Shown here one piece after another: positions 1-8,941 of a DNA stretch of 32,000 bases. Every line of letters begins with the position of its first letter. Position 1 is the first letter of the stretch. The translations under genes and the position numbers were made by a program. Origin of the DNA: Edaphobacter aggregans. Its GTDB lineage: Bacteria; Acidobacteriota; Terriglobia; Terriglobales; Acidobacteriaceae. The stretch spans positions 2,910,001 through 2,942,000 of the forward strand of contig NZ_RSDW01000001.1 of assembly GCF_003945235.1 (NCBI RefSeq), written 5' to 3'. Below the pieces are notes generated by a model. The model had not been told where the DNA came from. It did no database searches and worked only from the letters and a program-made list of their open reading frames with translations.

Positions 1-350
1 CCGGTACCGGGTATGTGAACTACATCAACTACAACGCCTTCTCACTGCCTGCAACCAAGAGCACATCGGGCGCATTGCTGAGCCCCTTCGGCAATGCATC
101 GCGTAATCCTGGTCGCACGCCGGCGTTCTACCAGACGGACCTTGCTCTGAACAAGAAGTTCACCACACCAATCGAGCGCGTGAAGGTGGAGTTCCGTACA
201 GAGTTCTACAACATCTTCAACCACACGAATCTGTATCTTCCTTCGAGTGGTCTGGGTGGAACGCTGGGCGGGACTCCGACCAGCGGCGGCGTCATCTCGA
301 GCACCTTTGAGCCGCGCATCATCCAGTTCGGCCTGAAGGTGATGTTCTAA
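1..350 (+). CDS. TonB-dependent receptor, C-terminal fragment (5' end lies outside the window)
   Basis: The frame is open from the window edge to TAA at 348-350. The C-terminus ...FEPRIIQFGLKVMF has the terminal beta-strand and final Phe seen in the other three receptors here (...QFGARLSF, ...QLGLRVQF, ...QLGIRAQF). Confidence 0.8.
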   Translation, partial: GTGYVNYINYNAFSLPATKSTSGALLSPFGNASRNPGRTPAFYQTDLALNKKFTTPIERVKVEFRTEFYNIFNHTNLYLPSSGLGGTLGGTPTSGGVISSTFEPRIIQFGLKVMF

Positions 351-370
351 ACCGTACAAGTAAAACCAAC

Positions 371-414
371 CGATGGTCCCGTTGTGCGTCGATGTGACAG
401 CAACGGGACCATCG
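371..414. terminator. Bidirectional intrinsic terminator hairpin between convergent receptor genes
   Basis: Perfect 14-bp inverted repeat CGATGGTCCCGTTG (371-384) / CAACGGGACCATCG (401-414) with a 16-nt loop. A-rich sequence lies to the left and CTTTTAAAA to the right. It sits in the 67-bp gap between the stops at 350 (+) and 418 (-). Confidence 0.75.
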
Positions 415-417
415 CTT

Positions 418-3400
418 TTAAAACGACAGCCGGGCCCCGAACTGGAACTGACGTGGATCGCTGGCGGCGGTCTCCTGCCCGGCGGCGGTGTAGAGCCTAT
501 TCACATCGAGCGTGTTGTTCTTATTGATCAGGTTGAAGATGTCGGCTGTGACCTGAAGTCCCACTTCGTGCGAGAAGGTGAATGCCTTGGCAAAGCGTAG
601 GTCGGTAAAGACCGTGTAGGGCCTGACGCCGATGTTGCGGCCGAGGTTTCCGTTGAAGTAGCTGCTGCCGGGAGCAGCATTGGCAGGAGCGTCGATGTAG
701 CAGGGCAGGTTGAAAGCTCCGGTGGGCGAGTACTTCGACGCGACGGGAGCCGTGCCGCAACTGGTGGGGCCGCTGTTGAGAGCGACCGCGTTGGGACGGT
801 CGGTGAGTGGGTTGAAGTCGAAGTTGGTGTCACTGCCGGTGAGCACGTTGAACGGGCGGCCCGACGATACTTCGAAGATCGGCGCGACTGTGACGTTCGA
901 GAAGACCGCAGGGACGAAGCCTGAGCCGCCGAGCTTGCCTGAGTTATAAACTCCGGAGAGAACAAGGCGGCTACGCTGATCGAAGGACGAGGCGCTACGC
1001 TCGGCATTGGGGTTGAAGTTGTTCTGCGGGGCATCAGAGGTAGAGACGACGTCGGTGGAGTCGTCGATGGCGTGCGACCAGGTGTAGCTCACGAGGAACT
1101 CATAGTTGGTAGAGATACGCTTCCTGAGATTGGCGCTGAGGGCGTTGTAGCTGGAAGTTCCTGTGGTGAGGTTGGGCGACATGTCGCCAAAGGGAACGGG
1201 GAGGCCCACGCCGAGGCCGTCGATCGCGACAATCTGGCTGGCAAGCGCGACGCATTGGCCTGCTCCCTGACTGACCAGGAACGGCGCAAGCGAAGCGTTC
1301 AGGCCTGAGCGTCGGAAGAAGTTCAACAGCGGCGGCGCAACGTAGGGTCCGGCAGGACCGAGGCCGCAGGGTACGGTTCCGCTTGCGGTCGCTACGGTGA
1401 GCGGGTTCGAGGTAGGTCCGGCGACGGCGGACTGCGGGGTTCCAGGCAGCACCGATGCCGTGCCAGCTTTAACTGCGGCTACTGCGTTGCGCCAGTTGCC
1501 TACCAGCAACGCAGGATTGACCGGATTCACATTGACAGGCCGATTAAGGTGGCGGCCCCCAGTGGAGTTATACGCGATGTTGAGCGAGATGTTGTGGCCG
1601 AGATCCTGTTCGATGCCAAAGGAAATCTGCTGCACATAAGGCGTGGCGTAGTGCAGATCCGCAGGCAGACCGGAGGGAAGAATGGCGAGCGGGAATCCGG
1701 CGCTGAGGAAGTTCTGATTGGCGAAGATGGAGTTGGGATTGTTCGTGTCGAAGCGCTGCTCGCCGGGGAGATAGTTGAGGCTCGGAACAGGCAGGCAGTT
1801 GGCGTTCGAGAGCGAGCCCTGAAAAGTATTGGTCGCATTAAGATTCAGCGGGCTTACCGTGCTGGCAGCCGTACAGGGCGAGCCGCCAGCGAGGATGACC
1901 AGCGGCACTTCGGTGGAGTTGAAGACCATGGACTGCGACTCGAGGTTACCGGGAGCGCGGTCGTAGAAGAGGCCGTAGTTGGCGCGGATCACCGTTCTGC
2001 TGTCGCCGCGCGGATCGTAAGCGATGCCGATGCGCGGGGCGAAGTTGGTGTCCTGCAGGCGAATGCCTTGGCGGATGCCGTAGGCGCGCTCGGCGGCGGT
2101 CGTGTTGGCGTTTAGAGCGAGTTGCGTGGGGAAGGCCTCGACGTCATAACGCAGACCGGCGTTCAATGTGAACCTGCTAGTGATGCGCCAGCTGTCCTGC
2201 AGGAACGCACCGAGAACTTTGAGGTTGTATTTGAATGTCGTCACGCCAATGCCCTGCACGAACGACTGCGGAATCCCTAGGCCATAAGCCTGGATGGGCG
2301 AAAAGCCGGGAAGTCCGGCCAACTGCGGAGATACATCCGTGGCGTTGAGCGCAGCGAAGGTATAGTCACCGCCGCCGTAGAGTTGACCTTCCTTCAGGTT
2401 GATGGGGATATAGCGCAGATCGACGCCCATCTTGAAGGTATGGTTGCCGTGTGTGACCGTGAAGTTGTCCTGAAGCTGGTTCTGGTTTTCGATGCGGTCG
2501 ACGACCGAGAACGGCGTCTTGCCGAAGTACGCGAACCCAGGGATGTTAACGGCAACACCGTCGCCTCCGGGTGAGCTTGACGGAGCAAATCGTACAGGGT
2601 GTCGCGCGTACTGATAGCGCAGTTCGTTGACCTTGTTGGCGCCGATCAGCAGCGTGTGCTGGCCGACGATGGCGAAGTCATGAAGGCTCTGCGAAGCGGT
2701 ACGGGAGAAGGAGTTTTCGCCGAGGTTTTGGTTGGCCGCGTTCTCTTGAATGCCGGTGATGAAGCTGGGGCTCACGCTGCCGCGAAGCATGAGTTGTTGG
2801 TTGCTCGTAATCTTGTGGTCGAGCCGCAGAGAGTAAATCTCCGTCTTCTCCGAGATGGGGAAGTTGCCAATCAGGCTGTTGAGCGGAGTGAACGAGGTCG
2901 GCGTCGTAATACCTGAGGTGACGAAGCGGTTGGCACCGATTGTTGGCTGCAGAAAGGCGGGGTTCTTGCCAGTTGTAGCTAGCGAAGAACTCGAGCCCAC
3001 CAGCGCGACGTATTGCTGGATGCCGGGCGTAGCTGCTGGAACCGCAGTAAGGAAGGCCTGCTGCTGGGGTGTCCCTTGAATCGTCAAGGTTCCCGCTGGA
3101 GCTCCGTAGAACTTACTGACGTCGATGTTCGTGAAGCCGAAGTTGTTCTGGCCAATGATGGAGAAGCCGCTCTCCTGACGGCGGGTAATCTCTGTCGAGA
3201 AGAAGAAGAAGGTCTTGTCGCGAATGATCTCGCCGCCCAGCGTAAATCCTGCCTGAACCCGAGTGTAAGCAGGCTGATGGACGTTCGAAAAGGGATTGGT
3301 CGCCTGGATGTAACGGTTTCGCAGGAAGCCGTAGGCGCTGCCGTGCAGTGAATTTGTTCCTGTCTTGGTCACAATATTTACAATGCCGCCGGAGGCTCGC

Positions 3401-4110
3401 CCGTACTCGGCGGCAAAGCCGTTGGTGATGATCTGAAACTCCTGCACGGCGTCCTGCGAAACAGTAGAACGGGTTCCGCCGGAGATGTAGTCCCCCGCGT
3501 CGGCGCCGTCAACGTTGATGGAGTTGGAGCGGGCGCGAACACCCCCGAAGTTCAGGCCCGAGGTTGGAATGGCTCCAACTGAGGGTGCCGCGTCGCGAGC
3601 GATCTGCGAATTGGTCAGGGTGAAGTTGATGTAGTTGCGGCCGTTGATGGGCAGGTTGTCGATGCGATTCTGATCGACGGTGGTGGACTGCGAGCTGCGC
3701 TGCGTCTCGATGATGTCGGCGCCGGCATTGACGTTGATTGTCTCGCTGCCAGCGATCGCGAGATTGAGCGGAAGCTGGGCCTGCTCGCCTACGGTAAGGA
3801 CGACGTTAGTCGCGGTCAGCTTAGCGAAGCCGGCGGCCGTTGCCGTGATGGTGTAGGTGCCGGGCGGCAGCAGCAGAAGCTGGTAGTTCCCCTCGCCGTC
3901 GCTGGTGGTCGAGCGGGAGAAGCCCTTGGTGGCATCGGAGATAGTGATCGCCGCGCCGGGAACAACCGCTCCGGTAGGATCGTGCACCGTGCCGCTGAGC
4001 TGGGCCGTAGCGATGGCCTGTCCAACGAGCTGACTGGCGGATAGACACGCCAGGACGACGATGGCGGCTATACAGAGAAGAAAGCCGGACCGGGCTTTGC
4101 TGAAAACCAT
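418..4110 (-). CDS. TonB-dependent receptor with N-terminal carboxypeptidase-regulatory-like domain
   Basis: 1230-aa ORF. It has a signal peptide (MVFSKARSGFLLCIAAIVVLACLSASQLVGQA) followed by a CarboxypepD_reg-type beta-sandwich (GTVHDPTGAVVPGAAITISD...GNYQLLLLPPGTYTITATAAGF). A plug-like segment and a long Gly/Asn/Tyr-rich barrel follow, ending ...FGARLSF. GGAG lies 6 nt upstream of the ATG. Confidence 0.93.
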   Translation of the reverse strand: MVFSKARSGFLLCIAAIVVLACLSASQLVGQAIATAQLSGTVHDPTGAVVPGAAITISDATKGFSRSTTSDGEGNYQLLLLPPGTYTITATAAGFAKLTATNVVLTVGEQAQLPLNLAIAGSETINVNAGADIIETQRSSQSTTVDQNRIDNLPINGRNYINFTLTNSQIARDAAPSVGAIPTSGLNFGGVRARSNSINVDGADAGDYISGGTRSTVSQDAVQEFQIITNGFAAEYGRASGGIVNIVTKTGTNSLHGSAYGFLRNRYIQATNPFSNVHQPAYTRVQAGFTLGGEIIRDKTFFFFSTEITRRQESGFSIIGQNNFGFTNIDVSKFYGAPAGTLTIQGTPQQQAFLTAVPAATPGIQQYVALVGSSSSLATTGKNPAFLQPTIGANRFVTSGITTPTSFTPLNSLIGNFPISEKTEIYSLRLDHKITSNQQLMLRGSVSPSFITGIQENAANQNLGENSFSRTASQSLHDFAIVGQHTLLIGANKVNELRYQYARHPVRFAPSSSPGGDGVAVNIPGFAYFGKTPFSVVDRIENQNQLQDNFTVTHGNHTFKMGVDLRYIPINLKEGQLYGGGDYTFAALNATDVSPQLAGLPGFSPIQAYGLGIPQSFVQGIGVTTFKYNLKVLGAFLQDSWRITSRFTLNAGLRYDVEAFPTQLALNANTTAAERAYGIRQGIRLQDTNFAPRIGIAYDPRGDSRTVIRANYGLFYDRAPGNLESQSMVFNSTEVPLVILAGGSPCTAASTVSPLNLNATNTFQGSLSNANCLPVPSLNYLPGEQRFDTNNPNSIFANQNFLSAGFPLAILPSGLPADLHYATPYVQQISFGIEQDLGHNISLNIAYNSTGGRHLNRPVNVNPVNPALLVGNWRNAVAAVKAGTASVLPGTPQSAVAGPTSNPLTVATASGTVPCGLGPAGPYVAPPLLNFFRRSGLNASLAPFLVSQGAGQCVALASQIVAIDGLGVGLPVPFGDMSPNLTTGTSSYNALSANLRKRISTNYEFLVSYTWSHAIDDSTDVVSTSDAPQNNFNPNAERSASSFDQRSRLVLSGVYNSGKLGGSGFVPAVFSNVTVAPIFEVSSGRPFNVLTGSDTNFDFNPLTDRPNAVALNSGPTSCGTAPVASKYSPTGAFNLPCYIDAPANAAPGSSYFNGNLGRNIGVRPYTVFTDLRFAKAFTFSHEVGLQVTADIFNLINKNNTLDVNRLYTAAGQETAASDPRQFQFGARLSF

Positions 4111-4155
4111 GGGGAACTCCGGACTACTGCTTGCCGCCGTTCTTTTGGCCGCAGC

Positions 4156-4171
4156 ATGAATGGCAATTCAT
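4156..4171. promoter_or_regulatory. Palindromic operator-like site ATGAATGGCAATTCAT (copy 1)
   Basis: Perfect ATGAAT-N4-ATTCAT inverted repeat, 46-61 nt upstream of the receptor start codon at 4110. Confidence 0.45.
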
Positions 4172-4188
4172 ACGACGCGATGTTCTAC

Positions 4189-4204
4189 ATGAATGGGCAT
4201 TCAT
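4189..4204. promoter_or_regulatory. Palindromic operator-like site ATGAATGGGCATTCAT (copy 2)
   Basis: Second perfect ATGAAT-N4-ATTCAT palindrome, 33 bp centre-to-centre from copy 1. The two copies match at 14 of 16 positions. Confidence 0.45.
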
Positions 4205-4295
4205 TTTGCAAGGGGTTGCAGGGTACCCACTGACATTCCAGAGGTTCCGCATTCTCATAAGCGTTGAACAAGTGGCAGGACGGTCAGCGATCCCG

Positions 4296-5024
4296 TCAGG
4301 AGGCAGCGATGTCAGATTTTGTAACCTGCTTCTTCCCGAAGGGACAGAGCCTCAACAGCGGACAGTCCGTGCATCGCGGGTCGGTGAAGGTACAGAGCCG
4401 TTGGCCGTGCAGCTTGATCAGAGAGTGGTGCTCGTCGAGCATCTCGGCGGTCCACGTCTCAGGGACAAGCCGCATCAGGCGTTCTTCCGTAGTCGCGGCG
4501 TCGGCGCGTGGAGTGAGTCCGAGCCGCTGAGTGACTCGGAGGTGGTGCGAGTCGACGCAAAGTGCACGGCGGCGAAGCGTGCTGAAATTGACCACTGCGG
4601 CGCTGGTTTTTGATCCGACACCGGGAAATTGTTCGAGCCAGGCGCGGATCTTGTCCGTCCGGTACTGCGCTAGAAAATCCAGCGTCAACTTGCCGTAGCG
4701 ATGCGTAATCTGCTGGAGCGACGACTTAAGCTGAACAGCCTTCTGATCGGGAAACGTTACATCGCGAATCGCGTCCTCTATTTCCTTCAGGCTGGCGTCG
4801 CGGAGATCATCCCAGCTGGCGAACTGCCTTTGCAGATGCCGCACCACTTGATGGGTGGTCTCGGTCTTGGTTCGCGACGACAGCAGCGAGTAGATGAACT
4901 GCTTGAGCGGATCCCATGGCTCGCGCGGCTTCGGCTGGCCGTAGTATCCCAGCAGCAGACGATGGATATGGGGCAGCTGATCGTCTGGTTCTCTTGGCGG
5001 TTTGGGAAAAAGCGAGTCGTTCAT
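4296..5024 (-). CDS. Endonuclease III-like base-excision repair protein (HhH-GPD family with a [4Fe-4S] cluster loop)
   Basis: 242 aa. Helix-hairpin-helix FPGVGSKTSAAVV with a Lys, and a downstream catalytic-Asp context (CVDSHHLRV). The C-terminal CTFTDPRCTDCPLLRLC has the C-x6-C-x2-C-x5-C spacing of the Nth/MutY iron-sulfur loop. Confidence 0.88.
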   Translation of the reverse strand: MNDSLFPKPPREPDDQLPHIHRLLLGYYGQPKPREPWDPLKQFIYSLLSSRTKTETTHQVVRHLQRQFASWDDLRDASLKEIEDAIRDVTFPDQKAVQLKSSLQQITHRYGKLTLDFLAQYRTDKIRAWLEQFPGVGSKTSAAVVNFSTLRRRALCVDSHHLRVTQRLGLTPRADAATTEERLMRLVPETWTAEMLDEHHSLIKLHGQRLCTFTDPRCTDCPLLRLCPFGKKQVTKSDIAAS

Positions 5025-5048
5025 GCAGATTCTTTGGATGCGCTCTGA

Positions 5049-5996
5049 CTAGGGATTGCGCGTGACGCCCAGTTGCGCCCCGTCCTCCGTTTGCAGGCCC
5101 CAGGCCATCCGCGGCGTGTTATGCGCGAGGCCGACACGGCCATCGGGGCCGAGCAGAATGATGCCTCCGTGGCCGCCAAGACGTTCGAAGAGGTAGTCGA
5201 TAGCGGCCTGCGCGGCAATCTGCGGACTGGCTCCGGCGGCGACGCGGTCGACCGCCCACTTGCCAAGAACGAGCTTCATAATCGGCTCGCCCCAACCGGT
5301 GAGCGAAACGGCAGCAGAGAGATTGTCGGCGTAGCAGCCGCACCCTATCAGCGACGAGTCGCCGACGCGGCCCGGCGCTTTGTTGAGTGTGCCACCTGTG
5401 CTGGTACCGGCGGCGATGTTCCCGGCGGCATCGAGAGCCACCGCACCGACGGTGTCGTGGGAAGCATGGGGATCGTTCGGCGGAACGCTGAGCGGACCCG
5501 AAAAGGTGGTGTCGCGAAGTCCAGCGAGCTCCGCAGTCTGCGCTTTGTGGAGGCGCTCCTGCTCGCGCGGGATGACAAGCTCCGTGTTGTCGATGAGAGC
5601 CATGCCGTTCTGGCGTGCGAATCGTTCTGCACCGGTGCCGACGAAGTAGACGTGCGGGCTTTTGTCGAGGACGAGTCGTGCCGCGCGGATCGGATTGCGC
5701 AGCCGCTCGACGCATGCAACGCCGCCGGTGCGTAGGTTGGCTCCGTTCATCAGCAAGGCGTCCATCTGCACGCGGCCATCCTGCGTCAGGAATGATCCCC
5801 GTCCGGCGTCGAAGGTCTCATCGTCTTCCATAACAGCCACGGCAGCTTCCACCGCGTCGACCGCACTCGCGCCCTTTTCGAGCAGGCCATACCCCGCGGC
5901 AAGGGCATTGGCGATGCCGGATTCGTGGGCAGCTACGGCTTCGTCGGGCATAGCCCAGGCGCCACCGTGGATCAGGAGAACTGGTTTGTTGCTCAT
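5049..5996 (-). CDS. Isoaspartyl peptidase / L-asparaginase (Ntn-hydrolase, asparaginase-2 family)
   Basis: 315 aa. N-terminal PVLLIHGGAW and the autoprocessing/nucleophile motif HDTVGAVALD. Also GTSTGG and GxGE-like motifs typical of plant-type asparaginases. Confidence 0.9.
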   Translation of the reverse strand: MSNKPVLLIHGGAWAMPDEAVAAHESGIANALAAGYGLLEKGASAVDAVEAAVAVMEDDETFDAGRGSFLTQDGRVQMDALLMNGANLRTGGVACVERLRNPIRAARLVLDKSPHVYFVGTGAERFARQNGMALIDNTELVIPREQERLHKAQTAELAGLRDTTFSGPLSVPPNDPHASHDTVGAVALDAAGNIAAGTSTGGTLNKAPGRVGDSSLIGCGCYADNLSAAVSLTGWGEPIMKLVLGKWAVDRVAAGASPQIAAQAAIDYLFERLGGHGGIILLGPDGRVGLAHNTPRMAWGLQTEDGAQLGVTRNP

Positions 5997-6040
5997 CGCA
6001 TCCTAAGTTTACGGGAGCGCCACCGAAACGGAGCGTGGGA

Positions 6041-6259
6041 ATGCCTTCGACCGTCATCGCCGCCATGCATTACGACGCTGCGAGTCACGTACTGACCATC
6101 GTGTACCGAGGCAAGCGCGGGGTGTATCACTACTTCGAAGTTCCACCGGAGGAATATGCTGCCTTTCGCGCCGCTACTTCCAAGGGAACCTATCTGAACG
6201 AGATCTTCAAACCAAAGGGATACCTATTCGAGCGGCAAAAGGCATCTGCGTCTGGCTGA
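6041..6259 (+). CDS. KTSC domain-containing small protein
   Basis: The pattern ...AMHYDAASHVLTIVYRGKRGVYHYFEVPPEEYAAFRAATSKGTYLNEIF matches the KTSC domain signature (Y-D...L.I.F..G..Y.Y..VP...Y..F..A.SKG.Y.N..I). ATG at 6041 is preceded by GGAG at 8-nt spacing. The listed ORF starts at GTG 6035. Confidence 0.8.
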   Translation: MPSTVIAAMHYDAASHVLTIVYRGKRGVYHYFEVPPEEYAAFRAATSKGTYLNEIFKPKGYLFERQKASASG

Positions 6260-6269
6260 TGGCGGTGAG

Positions 6270-6938
6270 CTATCGATAATTGGAGACCGGGTCTGGTGAC
6301 TCGGCTCTGCTGGAGTCCAGCAACTTGCGCCGTTCGGTCTCCAAATACGTGTACCGGATACGGTGGATGACCGTAATGGTCGAGAAGACCGCCAGCACCC
6401 ACAGCGCCGGAGCCATAACGCCCCACTTATTGCACAGCGCGCCCAGGATGACGCACACGATGCGCTCAGGCCGCTCCATGAAGCCGACCTTGCAGGTGCC
6501 GATCAGCGCTTCGGCGCGGGCGCGGGTGTAACTAACCATCACGCAGGCAGTCATGACGAACGCCACGAGCCCGACGTAGAAGAGCCGGTTGCCCCGGGCA
6601 TAAAAAACCAGCAAACCGAAGAAGATCGCAACGTCGGAGTAGCGATCCATCACGGAGTCGAAGAATGCACCGAAGACCGAGACCTGGTTAGTCTGACGCG
6701 CCACCCGACCGTCAACCATGTCAAAGATGCCCGCTCCGATGATGATCAGGCCGGCATAGAAAAACATTCGATTAGCGTTGTTGCCCCGGGCAAAGCCAAA
6801 GACCAGCGCGGCAACAATGTTAATCAGCAGGCCGATAAAGGTCAGCGCATTGGGCGAGATGCGGGTCAGCGCGAGACCATTAACGATCTTCTGCAGGAGC
6901 CAGCCGCTACCTTTACCGAATGCGCTTGTCCAGGTCAA
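6270..6938 (-). CDS. CDP-alcohol phosphatidyltransferase family protein
   Basis: 222 aa and polytopic membrane protein. Carries the family motif D-x2-D-G-x2-A-R-x8-G-x3-D-x3-D (FDMVDGRVARQTNQVSVFGAFFDSVMDRYSD). Confidence 0.88.
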   Translation of the reverse strand: MTWTSAFGKGSGWLLQKIVNGLALTRISPNALTFIGLLINIVAALVFGFARGNNANRMFFYAGLIIIGAGIFDMVDGRVARQTNQVSVFGAFFDSVMDRYSDVAIFFGLLVFYARGNRLFYVGLVAFVMTACVMVSYTRARAEALIGTCKVGFMERPERIVCVILGALCNKWGVMAPALWVLAVFSTITVIHRIRYTYLETERRKLLDSSRAESPDPVSNYR

Positions 6939-7011
6939 AAACTACCTCAGGGGCGTGCTGCCCCGCTCTGCCGCTTCTTTGTTTCCACGGGACAGGCCGT
7001 GGAGCAAAAGT

Positions 7012-7485
7012 CTACTCTGTAACGTCGTGGATGGTAACCAGCTTCAGGACTTCGAGCTCGCGCTTGCCGTTCGGGGTAATTACAGTGGCGACATCGCCGA
7101 CCTGTTTGCCCAGAAGCGCGCGGCCAATCGGCGACGTCGTCGAAATCAAACCCTGCGACACGTCGGACTCCTCGCTGGTGACGAGCTTGTAGCGAATCTC
7201 CTCGTCCTTGCTGGTGTCGAAGACCGTCACGGTGGCGCCGAAACCGACCTTGTCGTGAGGAATATTGACGAGGTTAACCATGGCAAGTTCGCCCATGCGC
7301 TTCTTCAATTGACCCAGGCGGGCGTTGACGAAGACCTGACGCTGCTTAGCCATGTGGTACTCGGCGTTTTCGCTCAGGTCGCCGAGCGCGACGGCCTTTT
7401 TGATCTCCGCCGGCAACTCCGTGGTCAATTCGTATTCAAGCTGCTTGATCTCTTCTTCTAGCCTTTTCTTTACTTGTTCTGGCAT
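7012..7485 (-). CDS. greA: Transcription elongation factor GreA
   Basis: 158 aa counted from the internal ATG at 7485 (MPEQVKKRLEEEIKQLEYEL...). N-terminal coiled-coil with GDLSENAEYH, and a C-terminal FKBP-like domain ending ...VLKLVTIHDV. The 29-codon upstream extension in the ORF track (to 7572) is Cys/His/Arg-rich and unlike GreA. Confidence 0.93.
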   Translation of the reverse strand: MPEQVKKRLEEEIKQLEYELTTELPAEIKKAVALGDLSENAEYHMAKQRQVFVNARLGQLKKRMGELAMVNLVNIPHDKVGFGATVTVFDTSKDEEIRYKLVTSEESDVSQGLISTTSPIGRALLGKQVGDVATVITPNGKRELEVLKLVTIHDVTE

Positions 7486-7819
7486 GGGGCCTTCCGGATG
7501 GTGCTGGCCTGCTCGCAGATGACACACGCGGCAGCGCGCTGAAGTGAAAACATGATTATACGATGCGGGCACGAAAAATCCGCGTTGTCACCTCGATCGC
7601 AGTGCTACCTTCCCGGCCGCCGGTTTGCCCGTGCCCCAAGAAAAGACTGCAAAATCAACATTGCGGCCATTTGGTCGACGAATTCCGTTGTCGCGCCCTA
7701 TCGCCGTGTGTTCGGCGTCTTCCAGGTAGCGATGAGCCTCCACGCCGTAAAATGAAGCAGACCACGTGCCCCGAAATACCTCCCACACAGGATTCCGGGC
7801 ACTCAGGGAGGCACTTGTT

Positions 7820-8812
7820 TTGAAGTTTTTGGGGACCCTGCTGCTGCTTGCTCTCATCGTTCTGGCCCTCGCCGGATATGTCGTCTACGCGCCGTACGGT
7901 CCCTCCGCCGAAACCTTCGTCGACATAGCCCCCGGAACCGGGAGCAAGACAATCGCCACCCAGCTCGAGCGGAGCGGCATCATCCGCAGCCGATTCGGCT
8001 TTGACCTCCTACGCCTGAAAAAAGGGGGCACCCTCAAGGCCGGAGAGTACCGTTTTGACCATCCAGTCCCGATGCCCGAGGTCTATGCCCGGATCGTCCG
8101 CGGCGACGTTTACAGCCGCACCCTGACCATCCCTGAGGGCTATAACATCTTCGACATCGCCCAGGCGGTCGAGGCAGCGGGACTCGGTTCGCGCGATGCC
8201 TTTCTTGCCGCAGCGCGACAGCACACCGAATTGATCGCCGAGTGGGCCGCCAACAGCGACTCTAAGCCTGAATCGCTCGAGGGCTTTCTGTTTCCCGATA
8301 CTTACCACTTCTCACGCCACGCCACGCCTGAGCAGATCCTCACCACGATGGTCCACCGCTTCCGCCAGGTCAGCATCCAGCTCGGCCTCACCGGTGACGT
8401 CTTCCACACGGTCACGATGGCCTCGCTGGTCGAAAAAGAGGTCCGGCAGGACCCCGAGCGCCCGCTCGTAGCTGGAGTCTTCGTCAACCGGCTGGCCAAA
8501 GGAATGCCGCTGGCCACCGACCCGACGGTCATCTATGCGGCGCTGCTTGAGAACCGCTGGCGAGGAACCATCTACGCCTCGGATCTTCAGTCGCCCTCGC
8601 CCTACAACACGTACAAACACACCGGCTTGCCGCCCGGGCCCATCGCCAACCCGGGGGTCGCCGCGCTCAAGGCTGCCATCGCCCCCGCACAGACCGATTA
8701 CCTTTATTTTGTGAGCGATGCGGCCGGTCACAGCCGCTTCTCCGCCGATCTGAAGGAACACGCTGAACAGGTCCAGGCGTACCGGCAAGCCGAGAAAGCC
8801 CAACAGCGATAG
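7820..8812 (+). CDS. mltG: Endolytic murein transglycosylase MltG (YceG-like)
   Basis: Single N-terminal TM helix (LLLLALIVLALAGYVVYAP), then the YceG pattern (TIPEGY...ASLVEKE...VFVNRL...L.TDPTV.Y...YNTY...GLPPGPI.NPG). I placed the start at TTG 7820 because GGGAGG (7806-7811) lies 8 nt upstream. The longest ORF starts at GTG 7766. Confidence 0.88.
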   Translation: MKFLGTLLLLALIVLALAGYVVYAPYGPSAETFVDIAPGTGSKTIATQLERSGIIRSRFGFDLLRLKKGGTLKAGEYRFDHPVPMPEVYARIVRGDVYSRTLTIPEGYNIFDIAQAVEAAGLGSRDAFLAAARQHTELIAEWAANSDSKPESLEGFLFPDTYHFSRHATPEQILTTMVHRFRQVSIQLGLTGDVFHTVTMASLVEKEVRQDPERPLVAGVFVNRLAKGMPLATDPTVIYAALLENRWRGTIYASDLQSPSPYNTYKHTGLPPGPIANPGVAALKAAIAPAQTDYLYFVSDAAGHSRFSADLKEHAEQVQAYRQAEKAQQR

Positions 8813-8941
8813 TCTTCAGTCTTGACGAGCAAGCTTCGCAAAAACTCCGCGCACCCTCACCCTGTCCAAAGGCATCCAAAGGGTATAAAAGAAACATCCT
8901 TATGCTTTGCGCGGCGGAACTGCGCCAAGGGATAGATATAC

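Noticed and set aside
4206-4228. Sigma-54-like element (TGCA-N-TTGCA) upstream of the receptor gene.
   Set aside because: The minus strand reads CCTGCAACCCCTTGCAAAA. It lacks the GG of the -24 TGGCAC element, and its spacing is shorter than GG-N10-GC.
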